This document shows, piece after piece, positions 24,401 through 34,200 of a stretch of DNA of 64,000 nucleotides. Positions within the stretch are counted from its first letter, which is position 1, and each line of letters opens with the position of its first letter. The stretch is from Myxococcota bacterium (lineage in GTDB: Bacteria; Myxococcota_A; Polyangia; Nannocystales; Nannocystaceae), in the NCBI GenBank assembly GCA_039028615.1, contig JBCCHT010000026.1, forward strand, positions 1-64,000. The letters are read 5' to 3'. Both the position numbers and the translations under genes were made by a program. The notes below the pieces were generated by a model. The model ran no database searches. It was given only the letters and a program-made list of their open reading frames with translations, and had not been told where the DNA came from.

Positions 24401-27400
24401 TTGGCGAAGCGTGGAGCATGGGCCCGAGGCCATCGTGCTGTCGGCGCGTAGCGAGGCCCAGCTTCGAACGGTGGCGGGGCGACTCGCGGATCACCTGACG
24501 TCAGACTCGAAGTCCTCTGCGGGAGCTGGGCCCGCCGCGGGGCCCGGACGTTTGCTGGCAATGCTCGAAGACTTCGTCGGGCAGAACGAGCGGGCGACGG
24601 CCGGCGAAGCCGCGGCCCACCTTCGGGATGCCCTCGTGGATCCTTCGCGGGCCAACGAAGGCCAGCGTCTCGCTGATCTCGCGTACACGCTGCAAGTTGG
24701 GCGCGAGCCGCTGCGGGAGCGCTTCGCCCTGGTTACCGACGAGGTGCGTACGCTGGTCGCCCAGCTGCGCCGCTTCGCCGCCGGAGAACCCTGCGATGCG
24801 ATGCGCGGGCGAGCCTTGCCGGGCGGTGCAAGAGCGGGCGGAGGCAATGGCGTCGGAACGGAACTCTCGACGACGGAGGCCCGAGCCCGAGCTTGGGTGC
24901 AGGGGTACTCGGTCGACTGGGAGGCGACGTGGAGTGAGCGAGCGCCGCGCTTGATCACCCTTCCTCGCTACCCCTTCGACGGGGTGCGCTGCTGGCTGCC
25001 CGACTCCGTTCCCTCGGCTGCCACGACCACGACCGCGACTCGACGAGCGGACACCGCGGTGGACCTGCAGAGGGTCGAGTGGGTGGATGCCCCGCATCGC
25101 GGGTCGTCTGCTGAACCTACCGTCCTGCTGTGCACCCATCACGCGGGCAACCGAGACCTCGCGGCCGCATTGACCGAAACGTTCGGCCCAGGACCGGTTG
25201 CCGTCGTCGGCCCACCCTCCGAATTTGAGCGTCTTCGAGACGACGTCGCCGCGGCTCTGTCTCGTTCCGAGACGGGATCCGTCGTCTGGGTCGATCTGTC
25301 CGACCTCGAGTCCAGGGAGGCGCACGACGAGTCCTGGCGGGAACGCTTGGCGCTGCTTCAGGGGCTGCTGCGAAACCTTGCCCACCGCGGTCGAGAACTT
25401 CGGCTGCTTCACGTGACTCGAGGACTGCTCGATGCTCCCGGTGTCGAGCCCAACCCTCTCGGCGCTCGCATGGCGGCCTTCGTTCGTGGCCTGCTCGCCG
25501 AAGACTCGGCGGCGACGCTGTGCACGATCGACGTCGACATCGCGGGTGAATCGCTCGTCGCGGGGTTGCGCCGCGAGGCGGCTACGGGCGATGCCGAGGG
25601 GCGTGTCGCGTTGCGGGGCGGTCGTCGCCTCGTTCCGGCCTGGCGCTCGCTATCGCGGCAAGCCGAGCTCGGCGCGCCTCTGGATCCGCGGGGGCTGTAC
25701 CTCGTCACGGGCGGTACCCGGGGCATCGGTGCCGCGGTCTCCCGACGCCTCGTCCATCGAGGTGCACGCCATCTGCTTCTGCTGTGTCGCCAGCCGCTAC
25801 CCCCACGCGAACAGTGGCAAGACCAGCGCATCGCTGCGTCGGTACGCGAGTCCATCGAGACCGTCGCCGCACTGGAGTCCGCGGGGGCAGAGGTACGTAT
25901 CCACGGTGAGTCGTTGCCTTCGCGAGGAGGCCTTCAGCGAGTGCTCGACGAGGCCCGACTCCGCGAGCAGAAGATCGCGGGCGTCGTGCACTGTGCGGGC
26001 GTCGGGCCCCGCTGGGGTCGGCGTTTCGTCAGCGCAGACTTGAGCGAGGCCGACGATGTCTTGGACCCGAAGGTCGACGGCCTCGAACAACTGCTCGAGC
26101 TCACGGCTGGGGACGATCTGGACTTCTTCATCGCGTTCTCCTCCGTCTCGGGCAGCGCTCCGAGCCTGGCCCGAGGAGCAGCGGACTACGCGGCGGCGAA
26201 CGCCTTCATGGATCTGAGGTGCAGCGTCGAGGCGCGACGTGGTCGCCCGATCTGCTCCATCGTCTGGCCAGCGTGGAAGGGAAGCTCGGCGACCTCGCAA
26301 CAACTCCGTGCGTGTCGTGATGCCGGCTTCGACGGGGTGACCTTCGAGCAGGGGCTCGCCGTCCTGGACACGGTGATCGCTTCGCCCATGCGCGCGCCGG
26401 TCGTGCTTCCCCGCTGCACCCCGGACCAGGACACCGTAGCCGTCGAAGAACCTGCACCGCCGAAGAGTCCAGCCACGATGCCCTCGTCGTCCCTCGGATG
26501 GCTACGCGAGTTGTTCGCGAAGCGCTTGATGATTCCCACCGAAGAACTCGACGACGACGTGGACTTTGCGGACCTCGGCGTGGAGTCGATGCTCCTTGCG
26601 GAACTGCTCGAGGCCATGGAGGAGCGACTTGGTCGCCCCCTGGAGCCGGGCGCCATCCTGAGTCACCCCACACTCAAGCAGCTGGCGGACCACGTCGATC
26701 GAGTGCATCCGGCATCGGGAGACGACCGCACGGTCGAGGCCGGGGCCGCTCAGTCGAGTCCGATGGTGCGCACGGCGTCGGCCGACGACGGTGCGATCGC
26801 GGTGATCGGCCTCAGCTGTCGACTACCGGATGCGCCCGATCCCGATGCGTTCTGGCAGAACTTGATCCGCGGACGGTCGAGCATCATCGAGGTGCCGCCT
26901 TCGCGGTGGAGCATCGAAGACCTCTACGATCCCGCGGGGGGCCCGGGCCGCTCGGCGAGCAAGTGGGGAGCGTTCCTCGACGCAATCGAGCGCTTCGACT
27001 CCGAAGCCTTCGGGATGTCGGAACGAGACGCTCGCCATTGCGATCCCATCGCCCGTCTCTTGCTCGAGCTGTCGGTCGAGGCGCTGTCTGATGCCGGGTA
27101 TCGTGGGGCGGAGCTGGCCGGCCGCGACGTCGGTGTGTTCGTGGGCGGCCGTGCCTCTCGCTATCGAGAACGCGTCGTGCGGCATCTGGGAGTCGGGGGG
27201 CCGGGCGCCGATCAGAACTTCCTCGCTGCTCGGATCGCCCATCATCTCGATCTTCGCGGTCCGAACTTCGTGGTGGACTGCGCTTGCGCTTCGGGCCTGG
27301 TCGCGGCGCACCTGGCCTGCGGGGCCTTGACACAAGGCGACTGCGAGGTCGCGCTGGTCGGGGCGGCGGACGTGTTGCTCGACGAAGAGGTCTATCGAGA

Positions 27401-28226
27401 GTTCACGCGAGCGGGCGCACTGTCCCGCAGCGGCCTGTGCCGGACCTTCGATGCCCGAGCCGACGGGTTCGTACCCGGCGAGGGCGGAGGGCTTGTGGTC
27501 CTCAAGCCGCTCTCGCGGGCGATCGCCGATGGCGATCGAGTCCAGGCCGTCATCGAAGGAGGCGCGGTGGGTAACGACGGCCGCACGATGGGCCTGACGA
27601 CACCCAACCCCGAAGCTCAAGCCGCGGTGATTCGTCGTGCACAGCGTGATGCCGGCATCTCGCCCGATGAGGTCTCGATGATCGAGGCCCATGGCACGGC
27701 GACCAAGATCGGCGACCCGATCGAGCTGCGCGCGCTGAACGAGGTGTTTCGCGAGTCGACCTCTCGCAAGGGCTTCTGCGCCATCGGGAGCGTCAAGTCC
27801 AACATCGGTCACCTGTTGAGCGCGGCAGGGATGGCCGGATTGCTGAAGGTCGTGCTCGCGGTCGCCCACGACCGCATCCCGGCCACCATGCACTGCGAGC
27901 AGCCGAACCCGCGCTTCGACTTCGCGGACTCACCATTCGCGCTCGCCGATGTGGCGAAGTCGTGGCCGGCCGGGCGGCGGATCGCGGGAGTGAGTGCGTT
28001 CGGGCTCGGTGGAACCAATGCCCACCTGGTCGTCGCTCAGGCCTCCGAGCAAGGCGCGAACGTGCGCTCACCACTGCCGCCGCCGGCTCTTCGTCGGCGC
28101 CACCTGTGGTTGACCCCGCAGGGCCGCATCGCCGACGCCCCGGGGTCGCCACCGACGTCGACGCCGGTCGAACCGAACGCCGAAGCTCCGCTGGTGGCGT
28201 CCACCCTTCGGTTGTCCTTGACCTGA
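15438..28226 (+). CDS. Hybrid NRPS/trans-AT PKS megasynthase, LnmI-like (PCP-Cy-Cy-A[Cys]-PCP-Ox-KS0-ACP-KS-KR-ACP-KS)
   Basis: PCP GIGSL; two Cy domains (LQQAY, DGLLTD, DLILLD); A code read as DLFNFSLVWK (Cys type); PCP GATSF; Ox YPSAG; KS1 DTSC but ECSAAGA in place of EAHGTGT; ACP GIDS; KS2 DTMC/HGTGT/GHLE; KR GGTRGIG/YAAAN; ACP GVES; KS3 DCAC/HGTAT/GHLL. No AT domains. The real start may be GTG 15519. Confidence 0.93.
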   Translation: MHAPSRRSQRGLNIEQRASGDLAIEPRVDDGRSSSLPRETLLTTLIGIVDELVSSDGEVRPDSRLTELGIGSLLAVRLGLAIERELGVELEVSTFAEPIELEELAHRIEERRGDEPVAAPAAASEARTVDPGERVPLTDLQQAYLVGREAGLTDDPVGCTLYREFELERVDVPRLETAWRQVVERHPALRMVVVTGGRQEVASSAPRVSFVVHALEDSSASEREAAVSSTRERMRRRVFDAAGGGSMFSVEVSHRSSTMSTVHLAIDGLLTDGHGLSILVSDWAALYDQPEVRLEAPRGDYRGHLLALSSQGAERRKRQLAEWIEHFEEGVPPSPALGGPAADLESGPRLHLHESIPVARTRGLWAVAERWGVSPSSLVLACFMEVLARSSEPQRAATVVVTQSVRDRCEPAPDGVIGPFTNTLLVDLPDPNTASWPKFARGVHRRLWDAVGRGAVGGTAVLRELRRRHGQAPPSLPVVYTSMLGISRPGGRLDRFTASEVLAASQTSGVQLDFQVEERDGSLHLRWDVLEAAFTPGGAQVSFAALVNSLEALATLRSGPFARWPLNALQQAYYVTRASPEPVARAGCQVYLSFEVDELDLPRLEKAWHRVVMNHDVMRATVTREGELVRLPVAPARLKIPVIDLEGRDDAAACLEELAHEMAGVAFPLGRWPMADLRVTLASGTAVVHLALDLILLDGISLHRLARELMHAYADPRHMPRRALPWPPIERSRSTDDVAAVRAYWRDRFAEMPAGPAVPDSEVPAHERRRFRLVGEVGSWRAVADAAAADGLEPDHVVLAALLEAFARQWGDAPFSLPVVRWSEALDPHRPAERTVLSWVSHDGARNSVLDRARRVRELLAADPPASAPSGLDVLRTKVLRARRSGEFSLPLVYTSVLQLEGDLLPEGVRHGPWLTYTPDVAIDCIAMDEGGGLRCTWDADEAVVVRERIQAVFDTFLELLGAAVDGVRSPSAPVEPPTLPEPLRTTVLQEWNDTAAPFHTDDLIHGGFERYAAARPGAIALRWSAGQLSFGELNALANRIAWRLRRSGVAPGDLVAVHVPRGPLLIAAVLGVVKAGGAYVPLDRGLPAPRIHSILRRSQCRRMLMTEAADLELDPAVERIVLDDTGPAEGGPWPSNDLEPIASTDDVAYVIFTSGSTGEPKGVVVTHRPVLNLLRWAQRRFDFDDRDIGLAIASIGFDLSVFDVFGVLGEGGSLYVANEREQKDPDALLQVLLEQRITFWNSAPAALAQVMPLVARAQGQSETEHLRLVFLSGDFTPLSLPDELRAVFGGAKCINLGGATEATVWSNYHEIGAVDPEWRSIPYGRPIDNARYYILDESLEPVAPGVEGDLYIGGDCLAAGYLREPELTARSFVLDPFVANAGSRMYRTGDRALFLPDGVMSFVGRNDGQVKIRGFRVELGEIEHCLRQHPGIKDAVVLARTDAGGDRKLVAYLRTESEAAPSTRELRAHAAATLPSYMVPNFCHRVESWPVTANGKLDRDALPWPLNSATTELAAPVAELIPEPKVPAIDQRQLCREVASMFADALGVDVDEQEDLWDQGATSFTMVQVSNRLRDRFGCRIPVAALIDDATVVGVAALVAERMDPSKAGVASAVVAESPTNVRPSPPIDEEPASVDLLDANAVARFKARHLHRRPRSGATTIALPERGSDRSLHRLRATCRRFESRVVAFESLAQLLGSLADVPGEPTRRLYPSAGETYAVQVYVHVRDGAVESVPGGLYHYRPSDNELERIEGRLGSHLHFIYNRPIAEAAAFGLFLVGQTRAIEPLYGDLTDRLLAVEAGYMGQLLMMGQASAGLGLCPIGDVATEVLTRGFGLDPDHRFVHALLGGPVDHDSRHGTLGFPRSATSAEAPRSLPDEVAVVGMAVRCAGADTPSQLWSGLASGSCSIRPLPPARRAQLAAGGHALPEVEGGFLDSIDHFDCLRFRVSPREAKSLDPQIRLLLQAVWSCLEEAGHTAESLRRDAPRVGVFVAAMWHDYQLAGADARRNGGDGTVSALGSDIANRVSFAFGFDGPSLAIDTSCTSSITALHLASRAIASGECDAAIVAAVNLVSHPFHLGILSDLELLGEGAVRAFDTNATGWNPGEGAAAVLLRPHGAALGGGEHVHGIVEATRVGHSGRGRRLTAARSDVLARSLEQTLRDAGRSVEELDYVECSAAGASIADQAELEAIEELVRGQRTRALPIGTTKPNVGHLEAAAGLVQLIKVLLQLKEESFAPTLAAADALAGQIDAVDLVTEPRPWRTVAGSTRRALVNAMGATGTHGHALIREAELANAVSDSAMGPNIITLSATTPEALSKMADALRRSLEAAPDGGRTLPDVAFTTQCGRAALPHRAAFVADDRSRLVRSLDAFVSGRFGAEVLTGHVPTPDTGSPRSVPADPYRAARAWCEGVALDWRQAWRGSPRRVSLPGHPAAEESYWLDPSPRATEKSPASERAADTEALEQHLVRVFARVSGFDVAQVSVDVPFEEYGIDSRMIVELSDVIGRELSSVPNSLFFEARDLAEVADYLRARGGTTASSSAKPSPARGDATGTDEPIAIIGLAGRYPGAADLDALWELLVEGRDMVGPLPSSRRQPGWPVDSMWGAFLEHVDRFDPLTFGISPRDAGLMDPQERLFLEVAWEGLEDAGYGRTRLRTRHGSRCGVFVGAMYNEYPFFGVERTARGGEPLSCGSAIAGIANRVSHFLDANGPSLTVDTMCSSSLTALHLAVESLRRGECEVGLVGGINLCLHPNKFVTLNQLGMASSDHRCRSFGTGGDGFVPGEGIGAVILKPLSRARADGDRIRAVVRATAINHGGHTHGYTVPNPRAQASVITEALRRAEVNPRTIDYIEAHGTGTSLGDPVEIAGLTRAFGSQARPVPHAVGSIKSNLGHLEAAAGVLGLTKCVLQLEREMLVPSLHADELNPDVDWSSVPLRVQREAESWAAPRDGRGAGEPRRAAVSAFGAGGSNAHAIIEAGELRRRSSDWRSVEHGPEAIVLSARSEAQLRTVAGRLADHLTSDSKSSAGAGPAAGPGRLLAMLEDFVGQNERATAGEAAAHLRDALVDPSRANEGQRLADLAYTLQVGREPLRERFALVTDEVRTLVAQLRRFAAGEPCDAMRGRALPGGARAGGGNGVGTELSTTEARARAWVQGYSVDWEATWSERAPRLITLPRYPFDGVRCWLPDSVPSAATTTTATRRADTAVDLQRVEWVDAPHRGSSAEPTVLLCTHHAGNRDLAAALTETFGPGPVAVVGPPSEFERLRDDVAAALSRSETGSVVWVDLSDLESREAHDESWRERLALLQGLLRNLAHRGRELRLLHVTRGLLDAPGVEPNPLGARMAAFVRGLLAEDSAATLCTIDVDIAGESLVAGLRREAATGDAEGRVALRGGRRLVPAWRSLSRQAELGAPLDPRGLYLVTGGTRGIGAAVSRRLVHRGARHLLLLCRQPLPPREQWQDQRIAASVRESIETVAALESAGAEVRIHGESLPSRGGLQRVLDEARLREQKIAGVVHCAGVGPRWGRRFVSADLSEADDVLDPKVDGLEQLLELTAGDDLDFFIAFSSVSGSAPSLARGAADYAAANAFMDLRCSVEARRGRPICSIVWPAWKGSSATSQQLRACRDAGFDGVTFEQGLAVLDTVIASPMRAPVVLPRCTPDQDTVAVEEPAPPKSPATMPSSSLGWLRELFAKRLMIPTEELDDDVDFADLGVESMLLAELLEAMEERLGRPLEPGAILSHPTLKQLADHVDRVHPASGDDRTVEAGAAQSSPMVRTASADDGAIAVIGLSCRLPDAPDPDAFWQNLIRGRSSIIEVPPSRWSIEDLYDPAGGPGRSASKWGAFLDAIERFDSEAFGMSERDARHCDPIARLLLELSVEALSDAGYRGAELAGRDVGVFVGGRASRYRERVVRHLGVGGPGADQNFLAARIAHHLDLRGPNFVVDCACASGLVAAHLACGALTQGDCEVALVGAADVLLDEEVYREFTRAGALSRSGLCRTFDARADGFVPGEGGGLVVLKPLSRAIADGDRVQAVIEGGAVGNDGRTMGLTTPNPEAQAAVIRRAQRDAGISPDEVSMIEAHGTATKIGDPIELRALNEVFRESTSRKGFCAIGSVKSNIGHLLSAAGMAGLLKVVLAVAHDRIPATMHCEQPNPRFDFADSPFALADVAKSWPAGRRIAGVSAFGLGGTNAHLVVAQASEQGANVRSPLPPPALRRRHLWLTPQGRIADAPGSPPTSTPVEPNAEAPLVASTLRLSLT

Positions 28227-28243
28227 TTTTGCGTCGCTTCCTC

Positions 28244-31200
28244 ATGCCTTCGCCGACAACAACGCCCATGCCTGCTCTCGAATGTCGTCTGGTTCTCACC
28301 CACTCGGATTTCATCATGCAGAACCACCGGGTCCACGGTGTCTCGCTGATGCCGGGGGTGGTGTTTCTCGACATCATCATCCGAATGCTCGCCGAGCGAG
28401 GGATCGAGCCTCGTCGGGTCGTTCTGCGCGACATCTTGTTCACCGAGCCCGTATCCACCGAGCCGGGGACCTCGAGAGAACTCCTGATCTCGGTCGATGG
28501 CCTCGAAGGGGGTGGTCGGCTGGTGGGGCGAAGTCGATTGCAGCGCGATGGAGTCGTCGTCGGCGATTGGGACGAGCACGTTCGAGCGGAGTTGTCCATC
28601 GAGGATCGGCCCGAGCCGCCTGCGTTGGAGTTGTCGCCGTGGCGCTCGGTGGCCGCGGGCGCTCGGGACGTCGAGTCGATGTACGCGATCGCTCGACGAG
28701 AGGGCATCGTGCATGGCGACCCCATGAAGTGTCGCGGCTCGATGACCGAGATGGAGCAGGGGTTGCTGGTCGAGCTACGGCTCGACTCCACGAGCGAGAG
28801 CATCGAGGAGGGATTTCACCTGCATCCGGCCAAGCTCGATGCCTCGACGATCGTCGCCTATGCGCAGACGAGCTTCTCGGATCGCCATCCTTTCATCCCG
28901 GTCTTCGTTCGCGAGTTTTGGGCCCCGCGGGCGAGCCGGGGTCCGTGTTTCGTCCACGTCCCGGGGCGTGAGCAGCTGGCCAGCTCGGGGGACGTCATCC
29001 GCAACGACTACGCGCTGCACGACGAGCACGGACAGCTCGTCGCGCAGGTGGTCGGGCTTACGTGCAAGAGAATCCGGCATCCAGAGCTGATCACTCGCCT
29101 CGTCGGAGGACAGGGGGATGTCACGGATGAGGCTGCTGCGGAGATCCAGACCGGAGCCGAACCCGAGTTCGCGGCCGAGGGAGACCTCGATGGGATGGGC
29201 TGGTTTCTGCGTGAACGGATCGCCGAACGGCTCGGTCGACCTCCTGCCCAAGTGCCGACGACCAAGGGCTTCTACGATCTCGGGTTGGATTCGGTCGACC
29301 TGCTCGAGCTGTCCGAGGCACTGCAAGGGACGCTTCGTTGTCCCGTCTACCCGACCCTGCTCTTCGAGTTCTCGTGCGTCGACGACTTGGCCCGGCACCT
29401 CCACGAACTCGGGGCCGTCGCGCCTTCCGAGCCTCGAGCCGAGTCTGCACCGACGACGACGAGCACGGAGGTCGTCGAGGACGTCGAAGCCGAGTCCCGC
29501 ATGTATCGGCCCCAGTGGGAGCCCGATGGTGCGGATACGGTCGAGATCGGTGCAGCCCCGGTTCTGGTGATCGCTGACTCGTCGCCGGACGCGAGCGCGG
29601 TGGCCGAAGTCTGGCGGGCTCGCGGGGTGGAGGTGACCGTGGCGTCGTTGGGCGTCGAGTCGGAGGCCGAGATCGATCGAATCTCCACCGAGGCCGCGCG
29701 CTTGCTCGCCGAAAGCACGGTGCGGCAGGTCGTGTGGCTTCTCCCCGAAGACGAAATCGGAGCCGAGCCGCAGGTCCTGCTCACGGCCATGGCGCTGGGC
29801 AAGGCGCTCGTCGAATCCGCGCGTGAGGCTGGGGCCACCTTGGTCGTCGCAGCACGAACGGACGACGGCGGCGAACCGACGCCTCTGGCATGGGGCATGG
29901 CCGCCGCGCTGCGTACCATGTCTGCCGAGACGTCGGGGCTGAGGGCACGGGTCGTGGTGAGCCATGCCGCGGACCCTAGCTCGCAGGTCGCCGAGCGGCT
30001 TTGTCAGGAGCTGCATCGAGACGATCGAGAGACGCTGGTGTCGTACCGGGAGCAGCGTCGCCATCGGTTGCGGTACGCCCTCATCGAGGAGCCGCCGCCG
30101 AACTCCGACTTTCTGCCCGGTGGGGTCTATCTCATCGCCGGAGGCTCGGGTGGTCTCGGTCGAAGCGTCGGCCAGTGGCTGGCTCGCGAGCGTGGAGCTC
30201 GAGTGGCGCTGGTCGGCCGCCGTGAAGCCGATGCTGATCTTCAGCGAGACCTCGCTTCGGGGAGCGAGGGCAACGGAGAGGTCGTGTACCTCTCGCACGA
30301 CCTGTCGACCACGGCTGGCGCCCGCGCGGCGGTGGATCGAGTCAAGCGCCGCTTCGGCTCCATCGACGGCGTGCTCCAATGCGCAGGTACGGTTCGAGAC
30401 GGAGTCTATCTACTCAAGCGAAGCGCCGACGTGCGTGATGTCTGCCGAGCCAAGCTTTCGGTGACCCGCGCGTTGGCGGAGGCGACCCGTGGGGAGTCGT
30501 TGTCGTGTTGGGTGACGTTCTCTTCGCTGTCCGGCTCCATGGGCAACCGCGGCCAGACCGACTACGCGTTCGCCAACGCCTACCTCGAGGGGCTGAGCCG
30601 GCAGTGGTCAGGAACGACCGAGGTTGCCCGGCGAGTGCGATCCATCGCGTGGCCGCTGTGGGAAGGGGGCGGCATGTCCGTGTCCGATACCCGCCAGTCC
30701 CGGTCGGAGGCCAGCACCGGTTTTGTTGCTCTGCCGACGGCGCGGGGGCTGGAGCTGTTGCGACGTGCGGTGGCGAGCGAGGAGCCCGTGTCCGTCGTGC
30801 TGCACGGCGACCCGCGACGCTTCGACGCATCACTGCCGATGACTCGAGCGGTCCCAGCCTCGCCGAAGGCCGAGCCTGGGACCCGGTCGTCGATCGCGAT
30901 CGTGGGAATGGCCGGACGATATCCCGGCGCGGCCAACCTCGATCAGCTGTGGAACAACCTCGAGTCGGGCCGAGACTGCATCACCGAGATCCCCGCCGAC
31001 CGATGGGACCACACTGCGATCTTCGATCCCGAGCGAGGCGTCGAAGGCAAGACCTACGGACGCTGGGGCGGGTTCCTCGACGACATGACTCGGTTCGAGG
31101 CCTCCGCGTTCGGAATCTCTCGGCGCGAGGCCGAGCGCATGGATCCGCAGGAGCGTCTGTTCCTCCAGACCAGCTGGCAAGCGATCGAAGATGCGGGCGA

Positions 31201-34200
31201 AGACCCGATGTCTTGGCGAGGCCGCGAGGTCGGGGTGTTCGCGGGCGTGATGTGGAACCACTATCAGCTCGTCGAAGACGGCAGTGGCTCCGCACAGCCG
31301 ACGGCACTGCTGTCGTCGATCGCCAACCGCACCTCCTTCGCCCTCGATCTGCGCGGCCCGAGCCTCGCCACCGACACGATGTGCTCGTCGTCGCTCACGG
31401 CCATTCACCTGGCCGTGGAGTCGTTGCGTCGGGGCGAGTGCGACGCGGCGCTCGCAGGCGGGGTCAACGTCATCACCCACCCCCAGAAGTATCTCCAGCT
31501 GGCGCAGGGGCAATTCCTGTCCGAGGACGGGCGCTGTCGAGCATTCGGAGCCGGGGGTACCGGTTATGTGCAGGGGGAGGGCGTCGGCGTGTTGGTGCTC
31601 ATGCGCCTGGAGGATGCTCGAGCGGCGGGCCATCCGATTCGCGCGGTGATCCGCGGGTCGTGGACGGGGCACGGAGGCCGGACCGGTGGGTTCACCGTGC
31701 CCGATCCTTCCGCCCAGGCTCGGGTGATCCGACGCGCCCTGAAGCGCGCGGCGGTCGATCCAAAGAGCGTCTCCTACGTCGAGGCTCATGGTACCGGCAC
31801 GTCGCTCGGAGACCCGATCGAAATCAAGGGGATGGTCGACGGTTATGGGGCGACGTCGGGCGCACTGACGGTGGGCTCCATCAAGTCGAACCTGGGGCAT
31901 CTCGAGGGCGCGGCCGGTGTCGCGGGGGTCACCAAGGTGGTGCTCCAGATGCAGCATCGGCAGCTCGCGCCTTCGCTTCATAGTCGTGAACTCAACCCCC
32001 ACATCGACTTCGATGCGGCGGGTATCCGGGTCCCGGGTGCGGCCGAGCCGTGGATCGGTGGAGCCTCGGGCGAGCCGCTGCGCGCGGGCATCAGCGCGTT
32101 CGGAGCGGGCGGCAGCAACGTTCATCTCCTGCTCGAAGCGGCCGACGAGGCACCTGCCACCTCGATGCCCGAGCAGCCGGTCGCGTTCGTTCTGTCGGCG
32201 AGGGATCAGCCGGGGCTTCGACGCTACGCACGAGATTGGCTCGTGTGGCTCTCGGGGCAATCGGAGTCCACGTCGACTTCGGCGGCGCAGCTGCGCGAGC
32301 ACGTCGCTCGGACTCTCGGTGTGTCGGCCGACGACTTGGCGGGGGAGTCGATCGTGGACCTCGGGCTCGACCCCGCGACGCTGCAACGACTACGAGCCGA
32401 CGTCGATGCGGAGCCTCGCGCTCCAGGCAACGCTTCTGTGGCCCTCACCGACATCGCCCATACACTTCAAGTCGGGCGCCCTGCGTTCGAGCATCGGCTC
32501 GCCGTCGTCGTGCGTACGCTCGACGAGCTTCGCCGCCACCTGGAGAGCTTCGTCGCTGAACAACCCGCGTCTGGGACGCTGGCGTGGTGGGGCGAGCCTA
32601 CGGCTCCATCGAACGATGCCCTCGATCCCACGAGCCTCGAGGCGTTGGCCCAACGTTGGCAGCGAGGCGAGCCCGTCTCGTGGCCACGCGTCGGCGAGGG
32701 AGGCTCGAGCCCTCGCCGCATCAACCTCCCCCCGTATCCGTTTCACGGCGAGAGCTACTGGTACGGCCGCTGGAAACGCGGCAACGAGCCGGGGCCCCTC
32801 GTCGCCGCCCGACCCACTCCCGATCAGGTATCGACCATGACCATCGCAGAACCAACCGAGAAGAAAGTCCCGGATTATCACGGTGACGAGGTCGGACTCG
32901 AAGTGCTCGAGTCCGGGATCGCGGTGCTGATGCTGCAGGCAGAGGCCCACGACAACATGTTCACTTCGGGGTTGCTGCAGGGGCTCCAGTGGGCGCTGGC
33001 GAAGGTCGAGCGAGACCCTCGGGTCCGCGCCTTGGTGTTGAGCAGCCGCGGCCCCACGTTCTGCATGGGCGGCACGCCGGAGGCGCTCGAACGCCTCGCG
33101 CGCAAACAAGGGCGCTTCACCGACGCTTCGATCGTCTACGAAGGGTTGCTCCGGTGCCCGGTTCCCGTGATCTCGGCCATGCGCGGGCACGCCTCGGGAG
33201 GCGGCCTGATGTTCGGACTCTATGCCGACATCGTGGTGATGTCGCAGGACGCGGTCTATGGCGCCAACTTCCTCAAGTACGGGTTCACGCCCGGGATGGG
33301 GGCGACCTACGTGCTGGAGAAGCGGGTGGGAAGTGCGTTGGCCTCGGAGATGTTCCTGACCGGTCGAGGCTTCGGAGGTCGTGAACTCGAACGGCGAGGT
33401 TGCAATGCCACGTTCCGCACCACGGACGAAGTGCTGCCCCATGCATTGGAGCTGGCCCGGGCGGTCGCGGCGATGCCCCCGAGCGCGGTTCGGGTGCTGA
33501 AGGCGGAGCTCGCGGGGCGTTGGCTCCGAGAGCTGCCCGCGACGATCGAACGTGAACTCTCGATGCACGAGCGTGTGCTCGGCGACGAGTCGCTCCAGCA
33601 GATCGAACGCCACCTGGGTCGCGAAGTCGGCGACGTGCCGCCACCTGCTCCGCGCACGCCTTCGCCGATCCCCGAGGCGGTGGTTCAGAGCAACGCCCCG
33701 ACCAACGTCGCGGTGACGAAGTCGGTGGACGTCGATGCGCTGCGGCGGCGAGTCGAAACGACGCTGGTCGAGATCCTCGGCAAGACCCTCTACCTCCGTG
33801 AGGACGAGATCGATCACCGTCGCCCCTTCAACGAGCTCGGTGTCGACTCGATCGGTGCGGTCACGATCATCCGGGACCTCAACGATCGCTACTCCATGAG
33901 CCTCGACTCGGTGCTCCTGTACGAGCATCCGACGGTCGAACGGCTCGCCTCGTATGTCGCGGAGGCACTGGCGGACCAACAGCGTTCGACCGACGCGGTG
34001 TTGCGTGATGCTCCAGCGCCGATTGTGGAGCCGCAGCCCCTTCCCGCGATCGAGCCCGAGCCCGAGCCGGTGACGACTCCACCAACGTCGCCGCGCTTGT
34101 TGCCGCTGGCCGATCTCGGGGTCGAGGCGCAATCCGACTGGCCCGTGGATCCGTCGCCGGGGCGGGTGGCCCTCGCCCCGATCGAGGGCCGCCCGCCCGC

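Noticed and set aside
27962..28243. 5' extension of the LnmJ-like ORF overlapping the end of the LnmI-like gene
   Set aside because: Low-complexity Arg/Ala-rich translation; the DH domain begins after ATG 28244/28268. The same applies to the extensions of ORFs ending at 7416, 13917 and 4450 and starting at 47988, 49570 and 55301.
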